This document shows, piece by piece, positions 17,706 through 25,896 of a stretch of 41,075 nucleotides of DNA. Every line of letters begins with the position of its first letter. Position 1 is the stretch's first letter. The position numbers and the translations under genes are program-made. The notes below the pieces were generated by a model, which had not been told where the DNA came from, did no database searches, and saw only the letters and a list, made by a program, of their open reading frames with translations. This stretch comes from a virus (taxonomy: Duplodnaviria; Caudoviricetes), in the IMG/VR virus record IMGVR_UViG_3300037721_000036, positions 1 through 41,075 of that record; one strand, given 5' to 3'.

Positions 17706-17842
17706 CGTGGCAATGCGCGGTGGATGAGGCCCTCCAGTACTTCGAGCAGACCGGTCGCCGGGTATACGTGCGTGGGTGGCGAACACAGCGTGGCTGGCGC
17801 TACGGCGTGTTCGTGGTCCCACGTCCGGGCGGGACGCCATGA
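17702..17842 (+). CDS. Small protein, tandem paralog A (46 aa)
   Basis: MTWQCAVDEALQYFEQTGRRVYVRGWRTQRGWRYGVFVVPRPGGTP; below the ORF-track cutoff; coupled at both ends. Confidence 0.7.
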   Translation: MTWQCAVDEALQYFEQTGRRVYVRGWRTQRGWRYGVFVVPRPGGTP

Positions 17843-17997
17843 CGTGGCAACAGGCGGTCGATGAGGCCCTTCAGTACTTCGAGCGGACCGGGCGCCGGGT
17901 GTACGTGCGCGGGTACCGGGGATGCCCAACGTGCCGTTGGCGCTACGGCGTGTTCCTGGAGGACCGACCGCCGTTGGTCTCGCGCGGGTGGGCATGA
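17839..17997 (+). CDS. Small protein, tandem paralog B (52 aa)
   Basis: MTWQQAVDEALQYFERTGRRVYVRGYRGCPTCRWRYGVF... Confidence 0.7.
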   Translation: MTWQQAVDEALQYFERTGRRVYVRGYRGCPTCRWRYGVFLEDRPPLVSRGWA

Positions 17998-18278
17998 CGT
18001 ACCGCCCGGTCCGCTCAGCCGCTCGGCGCTCAGCCGGTGCCGGGAAGCCCGGTCCACACGTACACGGCGCCGGCAGCGATGACCTGGTGGTACGCGAGGC
18101 CGTCAGCGCCTGCCGCCAACCCGTCCCGGTACGCATCCGGCACCCGGCGGTCACCCCGGCGGAAACGCGGGCCGTGGTGGAGCTGGTCGGCCGTACCGTG
18201 TCGGCGGACGCCATCGCGTACACGCTCGGCGTGGCCGCCCGGACGGTGCAACGTCACCGGGCCCGCTTGCACCCCTAA
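17994..18278 (+). CDS. HTH DNA-binding protein (94 aa)
   Basis: C-terminal SADAIAYTLGVAARTVQRHRAR is an HTH motif. Confidence 0.7.
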   Translation: MTYRPVRSAARRSAGAGKPGPHVHGAGSDDLVVREAVSACRQPVPVRIRHPAVTPAETRAVVELVGRTVSADAIAYTLGVAARTVQRHRARLHP

Positions 18279-18295
18279 CATGTACCTGTTAGGCT
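18267..18295 (+). promoter_or_regulatory. Repeated promoter/operator
   Basis: TTGCAC-N17-TAGGCT with CTAACATGTACCTGTTAG. Confidence 0.85.
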
Positions 18296-18324
18296 AAGGG
18301 CTCCACCGAGCGAGGGAGCACGAC

Positions 18325-18792
18325 ATGACGTACGCCGGATACACCGACAACGCAGCGAGCGCACTGCACGCGGACCCCGACCTTGACGCCAAGCTGAACC
18401 AGGCTTTCGGCCCGATCGACAAGGCGGCCATCCTGCGCAGGGAGCCGAAGGTCATCAACTCGCTGATGGACTCGGGGACGGTTGACGCCGTCCCGCTCGC
18501 GCCACGCGGCTCGATCGCCAAGGTTGAGGCACTGCCGACCGCACGCGGCCACGAGACGACCGTCTGGGCCGAGGCCGGCAGGTCGGTGACCGTGACCCGC
18601 CTTGCCACCGAGGACCCCGAGGCGGCGCCGGAATACCTCGTGAAGGCGTACGACCGGGACCACACGCGCGAGCTGGAGTGCTACCGCTCGCACATCGACC
18701 GCGCGCGCGTGCCGCTGGACCGTACGGTGACCGGCTTCACGTACGCCTACGTGGTCCAGCTCGCGGGCGCGCTGCACGGGCGCACCTGGTGA
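18325..18792 (+). CDS. Hypothetical protein (155 aa)
   Basis: CGAGGGAG SD after the repeated promoter. Confidence 0.75.
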   Translation: MTYAGYTDNAASALHADPDLDAKLNQAFGPIDKAAILRREPKVINSLMDSGTVDAVPLAPRGSIAKVEALPTARGHETTVWAEAGRSVTVTRLATEDPEAAPEYLVKAYDRDHTRELECYRSHIDRARVPLDRTVTGFTYAYVVQLAGALHGRTW

Positions 18793-19070
18793 GCGTCGAG
18801 CCGGGGCCGTCCTCACCCGATGAGGACGGCCCGCTGACAGTAGCCGAGCTGGACGCTCAGGACGGTACACCTTGGCGCGTCTACTTCACGCCAAGCACCC
18901 CCGATCAGAGAGCGCGCCTAATCCTGGATTACACCGGCCTACGTCACAAAAGCTTCCTGTACGTGTACCCGGACACCGGCACGACAAGCTGGAGTTGGTG
19001 TCCGCCGGGTGACGATTCGGCCCTGCTCTGGGCCATGGAAGACCAGGAGCCGCCCGGCTTGCACCCCTAA
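18789..19070 (+). CDS. Hypothetical protein (93 aa)
   Basis: GTGA overlap; stop codon lies inside the next promoter repeat. Confidence 0.55.
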   Translation: MSVEPGPSSPDEDGPLTVAELDAQDGTPWRVYFTPSTPDQRARLILDYTGLRHKSFLYVYPDTGTTSWSWCPPGDDSALLWAMEDQEPPGLHP

Positions 19071-19087
19071 CATGTACCTGTTAGGCT
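19059..19087 (+). promoter_or_regulatory. Repeated promoter/operator
   Basis: Identical to the 18267 copy; ATG 6 nt after TAGGCT. Confidence 0.85.
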
Positions 19088-19093
19088 ACGGGT

Positions 19094-19387
19094 ATGACGA
19101 AGACAGCGGCACTCAGCAAGGCCCAGATCAAGACCCTCCGGACGCTGATCGCCCGTGGTGGCGAGATGAACGGCTACGCCGGGCAGCCCGGTTTCTACTG
19201 CAACAGCAAGCGACCCCTGGTCACCGCAGGCATGGTCGAGCACGTGACCCAGTGCGACGGGTGCGCGGAGCATGGCTACTACGCCGAGCAGTGCGTCCGC
19301 CCCCTGGCAGGCCAGAAAGGCGGGAACGCCTGCTACGGCCGAATCCGCATCACCGAAGCGGGCCGCGCGGCGATCGAGAACGCCTGA
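19094..19387 (+). CDS. Hypothetical Cys-containing wHTH-like protein, probably leaderless
   Basis: LSKAQIKTLRTL...PLVTAGMVE...IRITEAGRAAI resembles a wHTH with a Cys-rich insertion. Confidence 0.7.
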   Translation: MTKTAALSKAQIKTLRTLIARGGEMNGYAGQPGFYCNSKRPLVTAGMVEHVTQCDGCAEHGYYAEQCVRPLAGQKGGNACYGRIRITEAGRAAIENA

Positions 19388-19438
19388 CGGGAACGGCCCC
19401 GGGCAACCGGGGCCACCCACCTACCGAGGGAGCGCGAC

Positions 19439-19669
19439 ATGGACGAGGGTTTCGCCAAGCTGATGGAAGACCTGAACATCGCCAAGGGCAAGCGCGAACA
19501 TCTCCAGGCGTACGTGGACAGTCTGAGCGAGAGCCCCATCACGGTCGAGGTGATCGGCGCACGGGTAGCCGTGAAGACGATCCAGGCGTACGGGCTGACG
19601 CTGACGGTGGACGCGATGGGCGACGCCGTGACCATCTCGACCGATGCGGGCTTGATGGTGATCGAGTGA
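19439..19669 (+). CDS. Hypothetical protein (76 aa)
   Basis: CCGAGGGAG SD. Confidence 0.7.
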   Translation: MDEGFAKLMEDLNIAKGKREHLQAYVDSLSESPITVEVIGARVAVKTIQAYGLTLTVDAMGDAVTISTDAGLMVIE

Positions 19670-19797
19670 CCCAGCAAGCGCGATCCCCTGAGCGCATAGA
19701 GCGCGCTCGACGTCCTAGGCGTCAAGCGGCCGAGGGCAGGACTCGGCGGGGGAGCCGACACAGGGCAGACAATCAACACCTACCGAGGGAGTACGAC

Positions 19798-20277
19798 ATG
19801 ACCCGCCAGCGCAACCCCCGCAGGATCGCACTTGCCGTCCTGCGCAACATCAAGCGCAACGTGTCCGTGATGGTGTCCACGTGGGATCAAGACATGACGA
19901 CATGGGAGCGTCCGCACGATGCTGGACCAGGCGTCAACGGCACGTGGCGCAAGCTGCGCGACGATGAGAAACACGAGAACAGCCCGGAGGAGTGGAACCG
20001 CTTGGTCATGTTCATGGACTCCGTGATCCGAGACGCGGAAGCGGTCCGCCGGCACGCCGTCGAGCAGGCACGCCTCGCGCACGAGCTGGACGAGCGTCGG
20101 TGCCAGCAGGTGGCCGCCTGTGGGTGTGCGCTGGAATGGATCGAGACCACCGGTCACCAGGAAGGCTGTACGGCACCGTGGCGCGACCAGGCGTGCAGGC
20201 GCCTGGGCGACGGGGGCGGCCGGCCGAGTGGCCACCACGCGCACCTGTTGGCGGACAGTTCGGAGTGTGTCGCATGA
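19798..20277 (+). CDS. Hypothetical protein (159 aa)
   Basis: CCGAGGGAG SD; Cys/His-rich C-terminus. Confidence 0.7.
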   Translation: MTRQRNPRRIALAVLRNIKRNVSVMVSTWDQDMTTWERPHDAGPGVNGTWRKLRDDEKHENSPEEWNRLVMFMDSVIRDAEAVRRHAVEQARLAHELDERRCQQVAACGCALEWIETTGHQEGCTAPWRDQACRRLGDGGGRPSGHHAHLLADSSECVA

Positions 20278-20576
20278 CCTACCACACGCCCCGCCACCCC
20301 GAGGGCACGCCCGAGTATGAGGCGTACGCGGCCAAGCTGCGCGCCGAGCTGACCAAGTGGGTGGCCGGTGAAGGTGAGTACGCGCGCACCCCACCCGGAG
20401 AGGTGAGCGCCGACACGCTACGCGCCGAGCTGGACGAGTGGAGCAACGTCTCGATCAGTCAACCGATCGCTCCCGGCAAGTGGCACTGGATCGCGTACGA
20501 CACCGAGGAGTGGAGCCGGTTCGACGCGGCCGATGTCTGGAACGCCGGACCGGCTGACACGGAAGACCCGCGTTGA
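20274..20576 (+). CDS. Hypothetical protein (100 aa)
   Basis: ATGA overlap; its stop codon is part of the next -35 box. Confidence 0.65.
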   Translation: MTYHTPRHPEGTPEYEAYAAKLRAELTKWVAGEGEYARTPPGEVSADTLRAELDEWSNVSISQPIAPGKWHWIAYDTEEWSRFDAADVWNAGPADTEDPR

Positions 20577-20602
20577 CGCCCCTCACAGAAACCTGTTAGG
20601 GT
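20573..20602 (+). promoter_or_regulatory. Repeated promoter/operator upstream of the helicase
   Basis: TTGACG-N18-TAGGGT with CTCACAGAAACCTGTTAG. Confidence 0.8.
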
Positions 20603-20661
20603 AAGGGCTCACCCGATGGAAACCGACCGGGCAGGGTGAGCCCGGAGAGCGAGCGTGCCAC

Positions 20662-22383
20662 GTGAGCGAGATCCTGAAGCTACGCGACTACCAGCGCGGC
20701 GCCATCGACGCCCTGTACACCGGCTGGAACGACGGCCGGGGGCGCCTGGCGGTGGTGCTCCCCACCGGAGCAGGCAAGACGGTGGTGTTCGCGCACCTGG
20801 TCGCCGAACATGTGGCCAACCACCCCGGCGAGCGGGTCATCGTGCTCGTGCACACGGACGAACTGGTCAGCCAGGCCGCGCGCAAGCTGCACGACGTGGC
20901 GCCGCACCTGTCGGTCGGCATCGTCAAGGCGGCACGCAATGAGGTTCACGCGCAGGCCATCGTCGCCTCCGTGCAGTCGCTGCGTAACGAGCGCCGGCGC
21001 AACTTGATCAAAAACGTGGGTCTGGTGATCGTGGACGAGTGCCACCATGCCACGGCCCAGACGTACAAGACGATCATGGAGCACTACGGCTGTTACGGCG
21101 GAGCGAGCGTGCGGACGGCGGGCTTCACGGCCACGCTGAGCCGGGGCGACCGGGGCGACCTGTCCAAGGTCTGGGACGGGGTCGCGTACCGCAAAGACAT
21201 CGCGTTCATGATCCGCCAGCGCTACCTCGTGAACGTCCGGGGCAAGCGCATCGAAGTCGATGACCTGGATCTCGCCAAGGTCAAGCAGCGTGGCGGGGAC
21301 TACGGCTCCAGCGAGCTGGGCGAGGCACTGGAAGCCAGCCTTGCGCCGGAGACGGTCGCCAAAGCGTACATCGAGCACGCGGCCGACCGGTCGGGGATCC
21401 TGTTCGCCCCCACCGTCAGTGCCGCCTACGCGTTCGCTGACGCACTCGCTGAGCAGGGCGTGAAGGTGGAGACCGTGCACGGCGCGCTGCCCACCGAGGA
21501 ACGTCGCGCCATCCTGCGCAGGCTCGCGGACGGGACGACACAGGTGGTCGCCAACTGCATGGTGTTGACCGAAGGATTCGACTCCCCGCGCGTGTCCTGC
21601 GTGGTCGTGGCCCGGCCGACCAGGCATGCCGGGCTCTACCAGCAGATGGTGGGCCGTGGCCTGCGCGTGGACCACACCCGACCGTGGCAGGCACAGGACT
21701 GCCTCATTCTCGACGTGGTGGGCGTGTCCGCGCTGCACGGGCTGGCGAGCCTGGTGGACCTGACCGAGAAGCCGGTCCGGCGGCCCGGCGATGACGATTC
21801 GCTGATCGATCTTCTTGACGAACTGGAGGAGGGCGACGGACCGGGCGAGGCCCCCGACTACATCCATCACGGCCCGGTCAAGGCGGTGGATTTCGACCCG
21901 CTCGCCGGAGCATCCAAGCTGGTCTGGGGCCGCACGCCCGGCGGCGCGTACTTCCTGTCGGCCGGCATCGGGCCGGAGGCCGTATACGTGTTCATCCTTC
22001 CCGCCGTGGCGTTCCAGCAGCCCGAGGGCTACACGGTCGAGCCGGACACGTTCGACGTGTCCTGGTGCACCAAGAACGCCTACCAGAGCATCGGCGGCCA
22101 CCGTGGCGCCTTCACCGCGCACCGGGGCGTACCACTGGAGACGGCGTTCGCGTGGGGCGAGGACGTCGCCCAGGACATGACCCCTTTCGGCAGCGTCAAC
22201 ACGCTGACCAAGAGCGCGTCATGGCGCCGCACGCCGCCCAGCCAGGCCCAGCGCGACCTGTGCCGCTCGCGGGGGATCGACATCCCCGAGGGCGCCAGCA
22301 AGGGCGACGTGTCCGTGCTGATCGACGCGCACATGGCCACCCAGCGGATCGACCCGATCGTGAAGGCGCTGAGCGCCCGATGA
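20662..22383 (+). CDS. Superfamily 2 DExH helicase
   Basis: LRDYQ, PTGAGKT, DECHH, GFTAT, LTEGFD and QMVGRGLR motifs. Confidence 0.95.
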   Translation: MSEILKLRDYQRGAIDALYTGWNDGRGRLAVVLPTGAGKTVVFAHLVAEHVANHPGERVIVLVHTDELVSQAARKLHDVAPHLSVGIVKAARNEVHAQAIVASVQSLRNERRRNLIKNVGLVIVDECHHATAQTYKTIMEHYGCYGGASVRTAGFTATLSRGDRGDLSKVWDGVAYRKDIAFMIRQRYLVNVRGKRIEVDDLDLAKVKQRGGDYGSSELGEALEASLAPETVAKAYIEHAADRSGILFAPTVSAAYAFADALAEQGVKVETVHGALPTEERRAILRRLADGTTQVVANCMVLTEGFDSPRVSCVVVARPTRHAGLYQQMVGRGLRVDHTRPWQAQDCLILDVVGVSALHGLASLVDLTEKPVRRPGDDDSLIDLLDELEEGDGPGEAPDYIHHGPVKAVDFDPLAGASKLVWGRTPGGAYFLSAGIGPEAVYVFILPAVAFQQPEGYTVEPDTFDVSWCTKNAYQSIGGHRGAFTAHRGVPLETAFAWGEDVAQDMTPFGSVNTLTKSASWRRTPPSQAQRDLCRSRGIDIPEGASKGDVSVLIDAHMATQRIDPIVKALSAR

Positions 22384-23429
22384 CCACCACCACCGAGGAA
22401 GAGGCACCCGTGGCAGCACCAGCAACAGAGGACGTGTTCGGCACCCCACCGGATCGCACGTACGGCACCGACGACGGCCGTACGCCGTACGTGCGGAACC
22501 ACCGGTACCGGCTGTTCGATCCGGGTACCAACCGGGCCGTCACCGTGACCCGCGTATCCACGTTCGCGAAAGCCATCGCGGACATGCGTGGTCTCAACCT
22601 GTGGCAGCAGCGGATGATCGTGCACGGGATCGGACAACGGCCGGACCTGTACGCGCTCGCCGTGACCACGCCCCTGGACGACACCCAGACGCTCCAGTCG
22701 GTGGCCAGCGACGCGCAGCAGGCCGCCAAGGCGCGCGCCGGGGCCAACATGGGTACGGCCATGCACAACCTCACCGAATCGGTGGACCGGGGCCAGGACA
22801 TCAGCGCCGTGCCGGCGGACTGGCAGGCCCGAGCGAGGGCGTACCGGCAGGCCCTGGACGACCACGGGTTCGACATCGTGCCCGACATGATCGAACGGTA
22901 CGTGTACGTCAAGGATTTCGGTGGGCTCTGTGGTCGGTTCGACCGGCTGCTACGGCGCCGCTCGGACGGGATGCTCGTGGTGGGCGACGTCAAGTCGAGC
23001 GCCAACATCGGGTACTCCTGGGGCGAGATCGCGATCCAGCTCGCGCTGTACGCCCGGGCGTCGCATTTCTGGGACAAGGCTCGTGACGAGTGGGTGCCCA
23101 TGCCCCCGGTCGACCACCAGCGCGCAGTGGTCATGCACACCGAGCTGGACGCGGGAACCACCACCATCTACCCGGCCGTCGACATCGCCGAAGGATGGTA
23201 CGGCGCGCAGCTCTGTGCGTCGGTGCGGGACTGGCGCTCGCGCGGGAAGACGCTGTGCGGTCCGCCCGCCCAGGCCGGCGGACCGACACCGGCCGAGCGG
23301 CTGGAACGGGCACTGTCGGTGGCCGAGCTCTCGGCGGTGTGGGCCGAGCTGCACCCGCGCGGGGAGTGGACGCCCGAGTTGCAGGCCCTCGGTATGGCCG
23401 CCCAGGCGCGTATCCGGGGCCGGACGTGA
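22380..23429 (+). CDS. PD-(D/E)XK exonuclease (RecE/Cas4-like)
   Basis: RVSTFAK, GTAMH, E-(x)-GRFDRL..VGDVKS and QLALYA. Confidence 0.85.
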   Translation: MTTTTEEEAPVAAPATEDVFGTPPDRTYGTDDGRTPYVRNHRYRLFDPGTNRAVTVTRVSTFAKAIADMRGLNLWQQRMIVHGIGQRPDLYALAVTTPLDDTQTLQSVASDAQQAAKARAGANMGTAMHNLTESVDRGQDISAVPADWQARARAYRQALDDHGFDIVPDMIERYVYVKDFGGLCGRFDRLLRRRSDGMLVVGDVKSSANIGYSWGEIAIQLALYARASHFWDKARDEWVPMPPVDHQRAVVMHTELDAGTTTIYPAVDIAEGWYGAQLCASVRDWRSRGKTLCGPPAQAGGPTPAERLERALSVAELSAVWAELHPRGEWTPELQALGMAAQARIRGRT

Positions 23430-23587
23430 GCGGGCGGGAGTGCGTGCCGTGCTTCCTGCGCAGACGCGAGACGGATCGCCTATTGCGCCGGGCGTACTGG
23501 CTTCACGTCGCGCTGATCATCACCGGCAGTGCCCTCCTCGGGCAGAGCGTCATACTCGCTGGTCTGGCTTTCGGGTGGTGGTCATGA
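23426..23587 (+). CDS. Small membrane protein (CxxC, ends GWWS)
   Basis: Coupled; hydrophobic C-half. Confidence 0.6.
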   Translation: MSGRECVPCFLRRRETDRLLRRAYWLHVALIITGSALLGQSVILAGLAFGWWS

Positions 23588-23721
23588 GCATCCGAACGTG
23601 CCCGTGCCGGGAATGTGCGACCGGGCGAACGCTCGTGCTGTGGTCCGGGTACATCCTGGCGCTCGTGCTGGCCGGCGTGGGGATCTACCTCTGGGGACTG
23701 ATCATCGGGTGGTGGTCGTAG
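23584..23721 (+). CDS. Small membrane protein (CxCxxC, ends GWWS)
   Basis: Coupled; single transmembrane segment. Confidence 0.6.
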   Translation: MSIRTCPCRECATGRTLVLWSGYILALVLAGVGIYLWGLIIGWWS

Positions 23722-23861
23722 TGAAGCGCGTTGAGCTGCTCGCCGCCGCGCCGGTCGCGGTCGGGGTGCTGTCGGCCGGCCACATGGCGCTGGCACTGCT
23801 GATCATGATGTTCGCGCTCGCGCTTGCCGTGGCGATCACGGTAATCAGAATGGAGGGGTGA
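23721..23861 (+). CDS. Small hydrophobic protein (46 aa)
   Basis: Coupled; almost entirely hydrophobic. Confidence 0.5.
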   Translation: MKRVELLAAAPVAVGVLSAGHMALALLIMMFALALAVAITVIRMEG

Positions 23862-24229
23862 TGAAGCGATTGACGACATGGGCACTCCTGGTGGGCCTGG
23901 TCAGCGGTCCGATCATCGGACTCGCGCTACCCGGTCCGCACGGCGACGTGGCGCCGCCCACGGACGCGGCCACGCGGGCCGTCTGTACGGCCGTGGAGGG
24001 CCTCGCGGGCGATCCGGGCACCTGGGTAGCCCCCTGGCGCTACGTGGACGCCACGCTCGACGTGAAGGACCTTCCGGCCAGCGTGGCACGCGAGCGCCTG
24101 ACGGCGCTGCTGTCGGCCGCCCACCGGGCGGAATTCGCCCAGCGTCGCGACACTCCCGACGTCAAGACCCGCCGGGCAGAGCTGGCCACGGCGGTGGCCA
24201 GCGCGCTGCGCGCGTGCGGGTCGGCTTGA
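23858..24229 (+). CDS. Secreted or membrane-anchored hypothetical protein
   Basis: Signal-peptide-like N-terminus; two Cys; GGAGG SD. Confidence 0.65.
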   Translation: MMKRLTTWALLVGLVSGPIIGLALPGPHGDVAPPTDAATRAVCTAVEGLAGDPGTWVAPWRYVDATLDVKDLPASVARERLTALLSAAHRAEFAQRRDTPDVKTRRAELATAVASALRACGSA

Positions 24230-24253
24230 CACCTGGTAGGTACCTGGTAGGGT
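24226..24253 (+). promoter_or_regulatory. Variant promoter/operator upstream of the ncRNA array
   Basis: TTGACA-N16-TAGGGT with CTGGTAGGTACCTGGTAG. Confidence 0.65.
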
Positions 24254-24259
24254 TGCAGT

Positions 24260-24745
24260 TGTCCGGGCGGCATCCCGGACCGGCCCGCACTCACGGGAAG
24301 CATGCCGGCAAACCCGTGACGGGACGGGGTCGGACGCGAGACTCATACTCTCCGTCCGACCGGGTGACTGGGATACCGGTGTTTCGCGGCGCCGGACCGG
24401 GGTTCGACTCCCCGGCACCCACGCAGGACTCGCACCCAGACGGTAGTACGGGCGCGAGCGTCAGCGGACGAAACGGGCAGGCGGCACTGATCACCCGCCG
24501 GGACGTGGGTCGCGGTTGGCACCACGGGCGGACCGGTGGTCATACCATCAGCTCCCTGGACTCGCGTAGCCGGTCCGCCCACCACAACTCCACACGCCCC
24601 TGCGCCGTCTAAGTAGCGTTTGTCATACGTGAGGCGGATTTCCTGCCCGTTCGAGTCGGGCCAGGGGCACGGCACGCTGGTCGGGCGAGAGTCGCACCCG
24701 ATGCACTGGGTCGGTCAGGACCCGTCGTCCGCCAGCGTGACCACC
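24260..24745 (+). ncRNA. Array of structured, tRNA-like RNAs
   Basis: No convincing ORF. Back-to-back hairpins and cloverleaves, two canonical T-arms, and three stems closed by ACCA (see findings). Confidence 0.65.
24596..24669 (+). tRNA. Atypical tRNA, possibly Asp(GTC)-derived, with reduced D-arm
   Basis: Acceptor GCCCCTG/CAGGGGC+A; T-arm GCCCG-TTCGAGT-CGGGC; 7-nt loop TTGTCAT on an imperfect stem; 74 nt. Confidence 0.5.
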
Positions 24746-24779
24746 GATTCCAGACGTCCCGAGAGAGGACACGGAAACC

Positions 24780-25304
24780 ATGACGCAAGACCCGTTCGCG
24801 GCTACGGCCGTCGACACCGAGGAAGAGAACCCGTTCGGCTCGCCAGAGCGCAGCGCGTTTCCCCGTCCGGCCGAACTGCTGTACAAGCTGCTGGTGATGA
24901 CGCCGGTCAAGTTCGACAAGACGGTGAAGCCCGGCAGCAAGAATGAGATGCAGGATCGCGCGCACGTTGATGTCGTGGTCCTGCACGATGATGGCTCGGT
25001 AGACGAGTATGAGGCCATGTACTGGTCACAGGTGACCATCGTCAACGCCATGAGGAAAGCTGCCAAGTCGGGCAGGCCAACGCTGGCCACCCTGCACATC
25101 GTGCCCGTGCAAAAGACCCGTGACCGGTACCCGGACGAGGAAGCCCTGCTCCGCGATGAGGACATCCAGCGCTGGCTGGGACGCGGCGGTGGTGGCCTGC
25201 CGCCTTTGCAGATCGCGTGGGTCCTGGAACCGGCCACGCCGGAGCAGACCGCGCGGGCGTTGAAGTGGTGGAACGCCCGTCCGGTCGCAACCCCGTTCGG
25301 CTGA
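24780..25304 (+). CDS. Putative single-stranded DNA-binding protein
   Basis: Beta-rich core (LLVMTPVKF...AHVDVVVL...MYWSQ), acidic DPF N-terminus and PFG C-terminus; near the helicase and exonuclease. Function is inferred. Confidence 0.5.
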   Translation: MTQDPFAATAVDTEEENPFGSPERSAFPRPAELLYKLLVMTPVKFDKTVKPGSKNEMQDRAHVDVVVLHDDGSVDEYEAMYWSQVTIVNAMRKAAKSGRPTLATLHIVPVQKTRDRYPDEEALLRDEDIQRWLGRGGGGLPPLQIAWVLEPATPEQTARALKWWNARPVATPFG

Positions 25305-25305
25305 G

Positions 25306-25326
25306 CTATCCACAGGGTTGTCCACA
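25306..25326 (+). promoter_or_regulatory. Two tandem DnaA-box-like sites
   Basis: CTATCCACA-ggg-TTGTCCACA; TTGTCCACA is the actinobacterial DnaA box consensus. Confidence 0.55.
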
Positions 25327-25381
25327 AGCTGGGGGCGGGCGTCGGAAGAGCGCCCGCCCCTCCCGGATGGAGGGGCATGGC

Positions 25382-25597
25382 ATGGCAGAGCTCGACAACA
25401 GTCCGGTGCAGGGACCACGCAACCCGGCGGACATTTACGAAGAGAACGTCGTGTTCATCGACGTCAACGCATTCGAGCAGCGCGAGCACCTGGTGATCAC
25501 ACTAGAGGCGCGCAACCGCGCGCTGCGCATGTGGCTGGCCTTCACGGTCATCCTGTCCGCCGTCGTGATCGCGGGGATGGCGTGGTGGCTGCGATGA
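25382..25597 (+). CDS. Small protein with C-terminal transmembrane helix
   Basis: GGAGG SD; hydrophobic C-terminus. Confidence 0.6.
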   Translation: MAELDNSPVQGPRNPADIYEENVVFIDVNAFEQREHLVITLEARNRALRMWLAFTVILSAVVIAGMAWWLR

Positions 25598-25896
25598 ACG
25601 AGCGCGAGCGCGGACTCGACACGTACGCCCGCGAGTGGCTGAGCGGGAGCGTGCCACGCAACCTCCCGGCCGTCGTCCTCGATGACGCGCTGGGCGAGGC
25701 TACGCCGTCCGGGCGCCACTGGGCCATCAAGGAGTCGGAGCGTGCGGCCATCGCTGCCCTGCTCGACGTCCGGGTACGGATGGATGCACTACGCATGGAC
25801 CCGAACGAAGCGGGGTTCGACCGGTTGCGCCTCGCGATCGAAGACCTGTGGGCGAAGGCGCACACGGCCGGGGTGTTTCTCGGGACGCTGTCGTGA
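25594..25896 (+). CDS. Hypothetical protein (100 aa)
   Basis: ATGA-coupled. Confidence 0.6.
   Translation: MNERERGLDTYAREWLSGSVPRNLPAVVLDDALGEATPSGRHWAIKESERAAIAALLDVRVRMDALRMDPNEAGFDRLRLAIEDLWAKAHTAGVFLGTLS

Noticed and set aside
22380-23429. CRISPR-associated Cas4
   Set aside because: It lacks the four-Cys Fe-S pattern and sits in a helicase/SSB recombination context, so it is an ordinary phage PD-(D/E)XK exonuclease.
24362-24421. Complete tmRNA gene
   Set aside because: Only a ~60-nt TLD-like shape is present; there is no tag reading frame, pseudoknot region or G3-U70 pair.
24466-24500. Hammerhead ribozyme (GGACGAAAC and CTGATCA)
   Set aside because: The core would need CUGANGA and complementary stems I-III; the sequence has CTGATCA and no matching stem II partner.
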